From NCBI GenBank assembly GCA_013151865.1, contig JAADHN010000141.1, positions 7,812-71,811 on the forward strand: DNA of 64,000 bases, given 5' to 3'. The position numbers and the translations under genes are program-made. Positions within the stretch are counted from its first letter, which is position 1, and each line of letters begins with the position of its first letter. Source of the DNA: Kiritimatiellota bacterium. Its GTDB lineage: Bacteria; Verrucomicrobiota; Lentisphaeria; Oligosphaerales; JAADHN01. This document shows positions 19,892-30,300 of the stretch, in pieces. The notes beneath the pieces were generated by a model. It worked only from the letters and a program-made list of their open reading frames with translations, was not told where the DNA came from and did not search any database.

Positions 19892-20863
19892 TCACGCCTG
19901 CCCGGAGGGACGGGAGCCCGGCGGCGACTCCGAGTCCCACTCGCGGTCGACCACATACCAGGGCCGCCGGCGGACTTCATCGAAGACACGCTGGACGTAA
20001 AGTCCGAGAATGCCGAGGCAGACGAGTTGGACCCCGCCGAAGAAGGAGATCGCGATAATGGTACTGGCCCAGCCCGGAATGGCCGTATGGGTCACCAGCT
20101 TCTGGATCAACACATTTGCGGTCAGGCCGCCCGCGCACACCAAGCTCAGCACACCAAGCAGCAGACTCACCTTGAGCGGCAGATCGGTGAAATAGAAGAT
20201 CCCATCCATGGCCAGGGAGAGGAGCCGGAACCAATTCTGTTTGGGCGCCCCGGCGAAGCGGGGATCCCGGTCGTAGTCGACACAGACCGACGGCAGGCCG
20301 ATCCAGGCCCGAAGTCCGGGGAAATACCGGTTACGCTCCGGCAGCGACAGGAGTATGCGCACCGCTCGCCGGGAGAGGCAGCAGAAGTTGCCGGCCTGCC
20401 GGGGGATGGCGTAGGGGATCAACAGGCCCTGAACCCAATAGAACCCGGCAAATGCGAGGCGCTTCAACGGTCCCACGGCCCGGGACTTTTTCCGAGTGTA
20501 GACCACATCGGCGCCGTCCCGGCACAGGCGATACAGTTCCGGGATCATTTCCGGCGGGTCCTGAAGGTCGCCGTCCAAAAGGAGGACCGCCCGTCCTCGG
20601 CTGTTTTCGAGGCAGGCCTGGACTGCGTTCTGCAGGCCGAAGTTGCGGCTGAGTTCGATGACCCGGAGTTCGGCGATCCTGCTGCGGAGGGCCAGGAGAC
20701 GGTCGCGCGTGCCGTCGGTGCAGCCGTCGAGAACGAGCAAGAGTTCCCAATGCACCCCGAGCGGGGCCACCGCCGCCGAGATCCGGGACACCAGTTCTTC
20801 GACCGTGTCCTCCTCGTTGTAGACCGGCGCCGTGACCGTGAGGTCAATTTCCTCCGTGTGCAT
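19892..20863 (-). CDS. GT2 polyprenyl-phosphate glycosyltransferase (GtrB/DPM-like)
   Basis: APVYNEE, DGCTDGT, LSRNFGLQ, DGDLQDPPE, two C-terminal TM helices, RRRPWYVV. Confidence 0.9.
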   Translation of the reverse strand: MHTEEIDLTVTAPVYNEEDTVEELVSRISAAVAPLGVHWELLLVLDGCTDGTRDRLLALRSRIAELRVIELSRNFGLQNAVQACLENSRGRAVLLLDGDLQDPPEMIPELYRLCRDGADVVYTRKKSRAVGPLKRLAFAGFYWVQGLLIPYAIPRQAGNFCCLSRRAVRILLSLPERNRYFPGLRAWIGLPSVCVDYDRDPRFAGAPKQNWFRLLSLAMDGIFYFTDLPLKVSLLLGVLSLVCAGGLTANVLIQKLVTHTAIPGWASTIIAISFFGGVQLVCLGILGLYVQRVFDEVRRRPWYVVDREWDSESPPGSRPSGQA

Positions 20864-22709
20864 GACGTGCCTCTCCCGATGCTCTTCCCGTGTCCTTGCG
20901 TTCCCCGGAGGCCGCACCGGGGGCAATTCTCTCGAGCATGGCCAGGGCTTGCGCGTTTCCGGGGAAGTCCCGCAGGATCCAGCGATAGATTCGAGCGGCA
21001 TTGCGCGGTTCCCCGCGTTTTTCGTACCATTCGGCCAGCAGACGTCGGACCGCGACACGCTCGGCGTCCCGGGCCAAAGCCCGCAACAGTTCGGTCCGGG
21101 CCTTTTCCAAGGCTCCTTCCCCGAGGTGGACTGCGGCGAGATTGGCCCAGGCCATGGCGTCTTTGGGAGAGAGTTCGACGGCTTTTCGGAAATTCTCAAG
21201 CGCTTCATCCCGCCGGCCGAGCCGAGCATAGGCGACGCCCTTTGCCAGATAAACCCCGCCGTTGTCCGGCACCAGTTTCTGGAGTTCGTCGAGCGTACCG
21301 AACACCCGTTCCCAGTCGCGGGAATCGACCTCGCCCGCAACTCCCGGCGCCAGGGCCTTCCTCATGTGGGGCAGGGCGAGCGCCGCCGCGACCACGTTGT
21401 TCTCGACACGCCGGCACTTGGGGCCGTTTTGGACGCTCAGTACGAACAGGGTGAGGTTGTCTTTCCAAAGCCGGGAGCGCTGCCAGGCGCCGGCTGTCCA
21501 CAGGCACAGCACCCCGAGGCCGAGGGCCGCGGCCATGCGCCGATGCACCACTTTTCGCTGCAACGCATCCCCCAGGAACAGGAGCCAACCGGCCAGCGGC
21601 AGATACAGGAAACGCTCCGCCATGTATTGCATCATGGGGACGAGGTTCGAAACGGGCAACAGAAACAGCCCGGTCCAGGCCAATCCCAGGCCGATGCCGG
21701 CGCCGCGTCGCGTCGCCAGGGCGCGTCCGCTCCCCCACAGCAGGGCGAGGACCAGGATCACGCCTGCCGCGACCCCCGGCGCCCAAAGAGGATTGCCGCC
21801 TTTCATGTAGATATAGTCGATGAAAAACGGCGGGACCCCCATCAACAGTCGAGCATACCTGGCTGCCACCGGGAGCATGTCCACCAAGGTTTGAGCCATG
21901 GTGCCCGAGAGCGGCGCCGCTTGCCGGGTTTGGCCCATGACCCCGTGCCGATGGAGGAGGAACAGGGCGGTCGCGGCGGCGAAGGGAAGGCTCGCCGCCG
22001 CGGCTCGCCGCCAGGTGGTCCCACGCCGCCAAAGGAGGAGGGGCGCAAACAGGAAGAACGGTGCGGCCGATACCTTGGAATACACCGCCAAAATATAGAA
22101 GACCAGCGACAACGGGTAGCCCCCCCGTCGTCGAGGCCATGACAGAAGGCACAACGTGGCCGCCAGTGTGAACACGGCAGCCATGATGTCGTCCAAGCCT
22201 TTGGCCCAGCAGACGACTTCGCTGACCACGGGGTGCAACACATAACCCAACCCCACGATCAGCGGGATCACGCTCCTCTCGGCCATCGGTCGTTCCCCGT
22301 CCTCCTGCCCTCCGATCCTGAGCAGTTTGCCGGCCACCGCGCAGAGCAGGACGGCGGCCAGACCATGCCACAGCACGTTGTTGAGGTGAAAAATCCATGC
22401 TTTCGGGCGGCCGGTCCGCCCGGCGAACACGAGGAAGGCGTACACCATCGTCCGCAACGGACGAAACACCTTCAGTTCCGCAGGGTTCGCGCTTTGGGCG
22501 TCCAGGCGCAGGAACATCGCGGGGACATTCCGCAGCGAACGGATGCTTTCAAGCCGCTCGATGAAATCCCGGTCGTCCCACACGAACTCGTATCGCACCG
22601 TGTGTCCCCAGAAGGCGAGCGCCACCAGAAAGATCAGCACATAACTGTAAGGTGGGTGGAGAAGTCGCGCCGCCGGCGCGGTAGAGGGGGGGGCGTCAGA
22701 GGCTGCCAT
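20844..22709 (-). CDS. TMTC-like membrane glycosyltransferase (GT-C fold) with C-terminal TPR repeats
   Basis: EFVWDD after the first TM, FRPL, FHLNNVLWH, LHPVVSEVVCW, AERFLYLP, LWKDNLTLF, followed by TPRs. Confidence 0.8.
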   Translation of the reverse strand: MAASDAPPSTAPAARLLHPPYSYVLIFLVALAFWGHTVRYEFVWDDRDFIERLESIRSLRNVPAMFLRLDAQSANPAELKVFRPLRTMVYAFLVFAGRTGRPKAWIFHLNNVLWHGLAAVLLCAVAGKLLRIGGQEDGERPMAERSVIPLIVGLGYVLHPVVSEVVCWAKGLDDIMAAVFTLAATLCLLSWPRRRGGYPLSLVFYILAVYSKVSAAPFFLFAPLLLWRRGTTWRRAAAASLPFAAATALFLLHRHGVMGQTRQAAPLSGTMAQTLVDMLPVAARYARLLMGVPPFFIDYIYMKGGNPLWAPGVAAGVILVLALLWGSGRALATRRGAGIGLGLAWTGLFLLPVSNLVPMMQYMAERFLYLPLAGWLLFLGDALQRKVVHRRMAAALGLGVLCLWTAGAWQRSRLWKDNLTLFVLSVQNGPKCRRVENNVVAAALALPHMRKALAPGVAGEVDSRDWERVFGTLDELQKLVPDNGGVYLAKGVAYARLGRRDEALENFRKAVELSPKDAMAWANLAAVHLGEGALEKARTELLRALARDAERVAVRRLLAEWYEKRGEPRNAARIYRWILRDFPGNAQALAMLERIAPGAASGERKDTGRASGEARHAHGGN

Positions 22710-22830
22710 GGGTTGCCTTTCGGTCAAGAAAGAAATGAACCGCTGGGCGGCGGTCTTGGTCCGGCGCTGCGTTGAACCGAACCGAAACCGCCGCATTCCA
22801 TCCCTGTACAGGGCCGGGCGCGCCTCCTTT

Positions 22831-23223
22831 TCACCCGTCCCCATGCGAATTCGCGAGAGATCCCCTCTCGACCACGATCACTGGGTTGCCCTCAGGATCG
22901 AGGTAGAACAAGGCCGGGCGCCCACTCGGGAGGCGTGCCTTTCGCTGCGTGTGTATCCCGTGCCGTGCCAGACGTCGGTCAAAGGCGGCCAAATCTTCGG
23001 TTTCAAGGCAGACCCCGACGCTCCCGCGTGTTTTTTCCGTCGTTTTCTCGGCGGCGGGATCTTGTTCGAGCGCGACGATCAAGCGGCTTTCCGGGCATTC
23101 GAATTCGACCCAGAAGCTGCTGTCCACCACCGGGGTACCGAGTCCGATTACGTCGCGGTAGAACTGCCGGCACTTCTCGAGGTCCGCCACGCGGACGACG
23201 GCGCCGTAGAAGCGACCGTTCAT
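22831..23223 (-). CDS. VOC / glyoxalase family protein
   Basis: VRVADLEKCRQFYRDVIGL ... LFYLDPEGNPV; start codon uncertain (23223 or 23250). Confidence 0.8.
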   Translation of the reverse strand: MNGRFYGAVVRVADLEKCRQFYRDVIGLGTPVVDSSFWVEFECPESRLIVALEQDPAAEKTTEKTRGSVGVCLETEDLAAFDRRLARHGIHTQRKARLPSGRPALFYLDPEGNPVIVVERGSLANSHGDG

Positions 23224-23435
23224 CTTTGTCTGGCCGGTGTTTCGTCGCATGGCCGGTGCTCCGGGTGCGCACTGAAAGGGGAGGGAAAAGCCCACCTCCG
23301 GCAGGCACTGTCCCCGTGTTGGTTTGGGGCTGGATCCGCCGGTTCCGGTCCCGGCCGATTCCAAGACGCACTGTAAGAGTACGTCGGCCTGAAGGCAAAT
23401 CGGACAAACGGGGCGGCCCGTCTGCCGCGGGGTTC

Positions 23436-24263
23436 TCAGACCGCGCCGAACACGGACGTCCGGACGAACATGCGAAATACGGCCAGCACGGCGAAAGACA
23501 CCAGGATCATGAACAGGGAAATGGCCAGGGCCATCTCGAGGCGACCGATCGAGATTTCCAGGTAAATGGCCGTGGGCAGGACCTCGGTCCGCCCACGGAC
23601 TGCGCCGGCCACGATCATGATCGGTCCGAAGACGCCGAAGGCCCGCGCCCAACTTAACACCGCACCGGCAGCGATGCCGGGCCCGGCGGCCGGAACGGCG
23701 GCTCGCCAAAAGGCGCCGAACTGGGTACAGCCGAGGGTTTCCGCCACCAGCTCGAGCCGAGGGTCGGTCGAGTCGAAAGCGGCCTTGATCGTGCGCAGGG
23801 CATACCCGGCACAGATGAAGAACTGGGCCAGGACAATGCCGGCCGGCTGGTAGATCATGCGGTCCGCCAGCCATGCCGCAACAATCCCGACGACCCGCAG
23901 TACGACAAACTGGCTGGTCTGTAGGTCCGCCGACAGTCGGAATGCCACCAGCAGGCTGATGCCCGCCACCAGCGGGGGCAAGACGATCGACGCGTCGATG
24001 AGCGTGTCGAAGAACATCTTTCCCGGCAGAGGGTAACGGCTGAGAGCGTATCCGGCGGGTACGGCGACTGCCGTGGCCAGCAGCGCGGCGGCGAAAGACG
24101 TCCCCAAGCTCAGCAGGGCCGCCCGGCGCAGGTGAGGCGCGGCGAACGCCTCTTTCATCGAAGGAATGTCGGCGTAAATGAAATCGGCTAGGAGCAGGAA
24201 CAGGATCGCTCCCACGAAAAGGAACAGGATCGCGGTGGCAACCCATCGAAACGGGCTGGTCAT
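23436..24263 (-). CDS. modB: Molybdate/tungstate ABC transporter permease
   Basis: IVLPPLVAGISLL, ELVAETLG (EAA-like loop), WARAFGVFG; overlaps the modA stop by 4 nt. Confidence 0.8.
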   Translation of the reverse strand: MTSPFRWVATAILFLFVGAILFLLLADFIYADIPSMKEAFAAPHLRRAALLSLGTSFAAALLATAVAVPAGYALSRYPLPGKMFFDTLIDASIVLPPLVAGISLLVAFRLSADLQTSQFVVLRVVGIVAAWLADRMIYQPAGIVLAQFFICAGYALRTIKAAFDSTDPRLELVAETLGCTQFGAFWRAAVPAAGPGIAAGAVLSWARAFGVFGPIMIVAGAVRGRTEVLPTAIYLEISIGRLEMALAISLFMILVSFAVLAVFRMFVRTSVFGAV

Positions 24264-25852
24264 CGAGGGGCCTCCACCTGGTAATGATGGCGCCGGAGGA
24301 TGTCGGCGGCTTGTGCAGAACCGAGGAAACCGAGCAGTTTGCGGGCTTCATCGGGTACGGAGCTGGTTTTGAGCAGAGCCACACGGACAGGGACGATCAC
24401 GTTCTTGGCGGGAGGGATACGGACGATCTCACACGAATCGAGGTACATGGCGCCGACCGCCCGCCAGACAATCACGGCGTCCACGGTACCCAGCTTGACG
24501 GCTACGGCCAATTCGTTGGCGGTCATGGTGGAGAGAACGAGGTTTTTTTTCAGGGCGTCCGAAGCCATCCCGTTCCGTTTCAGTATCTTCGCTGTGAGAC
24601 GTCCGATGGCGCAGGCTTTCTCGTCGCCCAGCCCGACCCGGACGCCGGGTCGAGCGAGGTCGGGGACGCCTCGAATCTGCTTGGGGTTCCCCTGCTTCAC
24701 CAGGATGGCCGGTTCGAAGCGACAGAACGGGCGGTCCTCGGCGACCAGTCCTTTCTTGCGGGCCATGGCCACGTAGTCGGCATCGCCCGGGATGTAAACG
24801 TCGCCTTTGCGGGTCAATTCGATCTGACTGAGCAAGACATTGCTGCCCGAATAGTTGGCATCCGTTCGGATGCCGGTTTGTTTCGTAAACAGTTCCAGGA
24901 TGGCCGCCACCGGCTTGCGCAGTCCGGCCCCGCAGTGCACCAACAGGGCAGGGCCGCCTCCGGTTGCGGGTCGGGGCGGCGTCTCCCCGGGAGCCGGCCG
25001 GTTCGGGTCGGCCGGAGAAAACCCGAACTGTGCGAACACCGCACGGCCTTTCTCGGAGAGAACAAATGCAGCGAATTCCTCAGCCGCTTTCCGCTGTCGC
25101 GAGCATTTGAGCAGGGCCATCATCACGCGGACGTAGTCCATTTCGATCCGTCCGTATGTGGCGGAGGTCACGGCGTCCACGTCGCGCTGCGGCCGGAATT
25201 CGGGCTCGATGGGGACGACATCCAGTTTGTCCCGCCGCAGCCAAGCCACGGCGCTCCACACGATTGCCGCGTCCGCCGTGCCCAGCACCACGGCATTGGC
25301 GGCGGCGCCGCCGCCCCGGGTCCGGGAGACGATGTTGCGGGTGATCGTATCGCTGATTCCGGCCCGTCGAAAAATCACTTTGCAGATGTGTCCCGTCGTC
25401 GAATACTGGGCATGCGTCAAGATGAGACGCACCCCGGGCCGCGTGAGATCGCGGACGCCGCGGATGTTCTTCGGGTTCCCTTTGGGGACCACGATGACCG
25501 GGCCCATCGACGCGAGGGTCCAAACGCGATCGGCCAGTCCTTCTCTCATGATTGCGGCGCCGAAAGGAGTGTGGCAGACGTACAAGTCGCCTTTGCGGGT
25601 GGTGCGAATCTTGATCAGCAATTCGCCGGAACCGGCATAGTCGATCAAGACGGGGCGTCCGGTCTCGGCGGTGTATTCCGCGGCGATTTTCTCCATCGCC
25701 GGTCGCATGGTGCCCCCGACATAGCACAGAAGCGGCTTTGCCTTGCCGGACGCGCCCCCCCCGAATTGTTTCCGGCATCCCGCCGCGGTCAGCAGCAGGA
25801 CGGCGACAACGCTCCGAACCGAAAAAAGGACCATTGGCGAACGGGATTTCAT
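24260..25852 (-). CDS. modA: Molybdate-binding lipoprotein with two tandem substrate-binding domains
   Basis: Lipobox AAGC; two repeats (YVGGTMRP..YAGSGELL..VPKGNPKNI and HCGAGLRKP..YSGSNVLL..KQGNPKQI) joined by a Pro-rich linker. Confidence 0.8.
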   Translation of the reverse strand: MKSRSPMVLFSVRSVVAVLLLTAAGCRKQFGGGASGKAKPLLCYVGGTMRPAMEKIAAEYTAETGRPVLIDYAGSGELLIKIRTTRKGDLYVCHTPFGAAIMREGLADRVWTLASMGPVIVVPKGNPKNIRGVRDLTRPGVRLILTHAQYSTTGHICKVIFRRAGISDTITRNIVSRTRGGGAAANAVVLGTADAAIVWSAVAWLRRDKLDVVPIEPEFRPQRDVDAVTSATYGRIEMDYVRVMMALLKCSRQRKAAEEFAAFVLSEKGRAVFAQFGFSPADPNRPAPGETPPRPATGGGPALLVHCGAGLRKPVAAILELFTKQTGIRTDANYSGSNVLLSQIELTRKGDVYIPGDADYVAMARKKGLVAEDRPFCRFEPAILVKQGNPKQIRGVPDLARPGVRVGLGDEKACAIGRLTAKILKRNGMASDALKKNLVLSTMTANELAVAVKLGTVDAVIVWRAVGAMYLDSCEIVRIPPAKNVIVPVRVALLKTSSVPDEARKLLGFLGSAQAADILRRHHYQVEAPR

Positions 25853-25957
25853 GATGTCTCCTTTGGTTCCGCGGACGGGAGTCCGGGGACGGCTGAAAAC
25901 GGACTTCTCCCGAGTCGGGGCGCGGGCGCGTCGGCAACCGATTCGACCGCCGGGAGG

Positions 25958-26916
25958 TCAGTGCCCGTCGGCCCCTGTACTCGGCTCACGGTTTCCCGGC
26001 GCTTCGGCATGAGCCGCGGACCGGGCCATATAGTCGTCGAGTCGCTCGATGTCAAACTCCTCGATGAGTTCGTCGCATGTCGCTTCCTCGGTTTCACTGG
26101 AGATGAGTACGGCCCCCAAGAACCCGGGATCGAAGATTCGCACTTCGGGACCGTATTTTCGTTTCATCGCCGTCAGTTTTGGCCGGTTGAAATCGAGGTG
26201 CACCACGGCGCAATCGAGGTTGACGACGGCGGTCACGTAATCGAAATAGTTGGTGGTCGTCGCCACGAGCGTCCCGGTCGGGCACAAGATGCCGCTGGGC
26301 GCTCCGGCGACTGCGGTCACCAGGTGGGTCCGGCAGGAATAGGCCCAGTAATTCTGCATCAGACCGCCATGGTACATTGAGGCGAAGAGGATGATGTCCG
26401 GGCGGGAACTCACGTATTTCCGGCGGATGCCATCGAAATTCAGATCGAAGCAAATAGCGCCGGCCACCGTGCCGAAATCGCACTTGAAGAGGGGGGCGCG
26501 GCGTCCGGAAAGAATGCCCGCTTCGGTGTTCTCCGTTGTCACCGGGTAGTTCTTATCATAGTAGCCCATGGACTGTCCCCGGCGGTCGAACAGCTCGATC
26601 GAGTTGCGCCACGTGCCGTCCTCGAGCTGCCGCACGGCCGGATAGGCCACGTAACAACCATGTTCCCGCGCCACTTGCGCAAAAAAGTCGCCGACTCGGT
26701 GGCCGCGGAAGCGGTAGAATTCCCGGCTCTTTTCCCCGCTGTGGCCCGAGAACCGGTCGCAGCATTCGGGCGCCAGGATCAGATCGGGACGCTCCGGCAG
26801 CACTTTGTCGAACTCCTCGCGCCAGTGATCGACCATTCGCTCGACGGCCCGGAGTCCCACCGGCGGGTCGCCACCGGACGCGAGCCGATGGTGCTGATCT
26901 TCACGTAATTGGCCAT
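25958..26916 (-). pseudogene. Carbon-nitrogen hydrolase (nitrilase superfamily) with an apparent frameshift near 26868
   Basis: GGAGAG RBS and MANYVKISTIGSRPVA in one frame; body (DPPVGLRAVERMVDHW..APECCD..YYDKNYP..AICFDLNF, E-K-C triad) in another frame. Confidence 0.7.
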
Positions 26917-27368
26917 ATTTCTCTCCGCGTGCCTGCCGTGTCGGTCCGCTGCCGAGGGCCGATCCTTTTCCGCGGGTGATGTCGCACCGCGAGGGGGGGC
27001 CGATCCGGAGCGGACTCGGGGAAACGACGCTGTTGCAATGGCAAACGAGGATCTCTCGGTTCGGGCCGGGGGCAAGTTCCGTCCAGTCGAAGGAGCCGAC
27101 AAGCGGTCTTGCCGAGGGACACATCCAGCGTGCGACACCACATGTCGGAGCGGAGTGCAGCAGACAGTCGAGGCATATCATGCACCAATCAACACGGCAA
27201 TGTATCACGCGCCCGCACAAAGTCTCGCCCTTCGATGGGCTCGAAGCTGCGCCGCGGCGTGCAAAAGGGCCCTGTCTCGACAACCGGCGAGACGCCCGGC
27301 GGGGTCGGGACAAACGCACGGAGGGCGTGCGTCGGTCCGGTGCGGTTCGCTTTTCACTATCAGCGCAT

Positions 27369-30300
27369 TCACCGTGGGCCCAGGCACACGACGGTTCCGT
27401 TCATGCACGAGACAAGGAGTCTGCCGCGGGCTGCGGCAAGGCCGTTCCAGACGGGCGGGGCGGCCAGCTTTGTCTCGCTCACCGTTTTGCCGGTCGCCGG
27501 GTCCAAGGATCGAACCAGCCCGCCGCCGCGTCCTTCGAACACCGCAATTGATTCCGCATCGCCTCGTCCGAGGCGGTCGGGCATTCCTGCCAGGAACAGA
27601 CGATTCCCCGCCTTGATCAGCGCACGGGGCCGCAGATCGAGTCGGACGTGCCATTTCCATCGGGCCCGGTAGTCCAGGCGCGGGGCGCCTTTGTGCACGG
27701 TGTGGAAATCGGGGGGCGGATCAGGGACCGCGGTCAACGGGCGGTTCGGCCCGCGAAAGATTTCGTACCCCTGATACCCGTTGACACGGCTGATTCCGAA
27801 CACCGCGGCGTCATCGAAAGTCAGAAGCAGGCCGAAGACCGCCACGGGTTCGCAGCCGAATCTGGGCGTGGGGTTTTTTCGGTTGACGATCCAGGAATAT
27901 GCCACCGGGATACGACCGAAGTCGCCCGTGCCCAGGACCCAGTGCGAGCGATGCACGTCGGCCCCATCCAGCAAGCTCGACGTGGAAAACAGGTGCCGCC
28001 CCCGCCCGCTTCTCCGGCGGAGCCGGGTGTCGTACCGCTGCCAGCGCAGGAAGAGGTCCGCGCCGTTGCTCACCAGCACGTCCGACGTGACCCCGCCCGC
28101 CATGGAAAAAGCATCCGCTTTGTCCGGCGCCAAAAGGGTGCGCGCGTCGACTGCATTCTGGGTGAGTTTGTATGGCCGGACTTGGTCTGCCTCCTCCTTG
28201 GACACGCCGGGACCGGTAAAATGTTTCCCGGCCGCGACCGTTCGATACCGGATCGCGCCGCTGCGGGCGTCCAAACCGTAGAGCAAGATCCCGCCGTCCA
28301 AGTACGAAGAGCGCCCCACGGCAAAGTACGCCGTGCCGTTCTGCACCAGCACGCTGCCGTGAACGGGCCGGACCGACTCGACGCGTTCGAGAGCGACGGT
28401 TCGCAGGTCCGACGGTGCGGCAAGAAAGCGCCAGATCAGGCGTCCATCATCCAGTCGTACACAGTAGACCGAGCCATCGGCGCACCCGAAGATCGCGGTC
28501 CCGGCGTAAAGGGTCGGGGGCGAGTCCACCCGTCCTCCGGTTCGGAATGTCCAGCGCACGGCCCCGGTGTCCGCATCCAGCGCAATGACCCTCTGGGCGT
28601 CGACGTCGCTGACCACCACTGTACCTGCGGCTGCCACCGGTGCACTGAGTCGGCCGCCCGCATTCACTATCCAGACCGTTTTCAATCGGTCCGAGACAGG
28701 CGTTGTTGCGTTGCCGCTGCGCAACGGGTCGTGCCGATAGGTGGGCCAGTCTTCGGGGCGCCCCTTGTCCGTCGTCGCGCTTCCGGACGCACTTCCGCGC
28801 TCCAGGCGTTCGACAGGAGACGGTCGGAGTCCCTTGCGGGTTTGAGCGGACAATGCCCAGGCGCCGTACAACTTGGCTTCCATGTAGCACCCGCAACAGT
28901 GGGGCGGGGCGTAAATCAGGCCGTTGCACGGCAGTATCCCGTATTGACATGTGCCGCGGACCCAGTTGTTGCGAGAATCATCGGTCCCGAGGAGGTCCAC
29001 GAACTCGAACCCGCGCTTGCCGGCGATGATAAAGCGCGACGTGGCCTTTTCCCGGTAACAGCGGTGATGGTGTCCGAGGGTCTGAAGTCCCCCCAAGATA
29101 CTCTGGGCCTTCGCCTTTCGACCGGTGCGAAGTTCGCGGCCAACGGCAAAATCCGGCCCCGTCCACACCAAACCGTCGATGACAAAGACGTCGCAAGGCG
29201 AGCGAAACCCGGCTCGGATGGGGGCCCGCCAAAGTTCGCGCCCGTCCGCGGCGTCCAAGGCGGTCACTTTCTTGCCGTCGGCCCAGAGCACCACATTCCG
29301 GTGAAGCACGAGTGTCGAGGGTGTGGTCAGGATGGGGCCGTGGCGTCGCCCGACCCCGGCGTGTGGCGTCCGCCATTTCTCAACGCCGGTACGCCGGTCC
29401 AGACAGACCACGCCGTTGCCCAGTTGGAAACAGACGCGCTCGGGGTCCATGGCCGAGGTAAGCGGCGTCGGGCCGGTCTCTCCCGGCTTGCCGGACCATT
29501 CCCAAAGTCGCGTTGCGGAGTCCGCATTGAATGCGATCAAACTCCGCCGGTAGTCCGCCGCCGCTTTCCCGTCCGCCGCACTCCGCCGCCCGCGCCTGCG
29601 GGCATGGAACACGGACTGAGCCGCGAACGGCGAGCCCACGACCACCAAGAGTGTGTTACGGTCCCAGAGAATCTCCTCGGCGCCCCGGGTGGCCGGGTAG
29701 GTGCGGACCAAGCGTCCGGACGCGCCGTCCAGAGCGCTTACCGGCGCCCCGAGTGCCAGGGGCACGTACACATTGCCGCCGCCGGCCACGAGCAGTCGGG
29801 CCAGCTCCACCGGTCCCGAACGGAACGGCCCCCGCCAATCCGCCCAGGAATCGATCGCGTGTTCCCACAGCAGTTTTCCGTTAAAAGCGTCCCGGGCCGT
29901 CACCCGCCAGCGCGCCGGGACCTTCAAGGACGCCGAGGGTGCGTTGTCCTGTACCGTATAGATGCGTGCGGCGTCCGCAACCATGGCGCTGACGCTGTTC
30001 AGTGCGTGGTGGTTCCGGGTCCAGAGCGGGGCCGCCAGCCATTGCATGGCGCGCGGCGGCCCGACTTGTTCGTCCCGGGCCACGGCGTTTCCGGCGGCAT
30101 CATGCAGATAGTGGGTCCATGTATCGATGTTTTCCGGGCGCTTTTTCCGTTCTTGTCGCCCATCCGTTTCCCACCAAACCACGCCGCCGGGTCTCAGTAC
30201 GCGCAAAGCTTCCGTGCGTTCCATCGCGTGCCCGGCCCGGACAACCAACAGCGTGACGGCGTTGTCGACCACCGGCACTGTGTTCCCGCGCCATACAGCG

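Noticed and set aside
25853-25957. Searched for a Moco/Wco riboswitch or ModE box upstream of modA
   Set aside because: No recognisable consensus.
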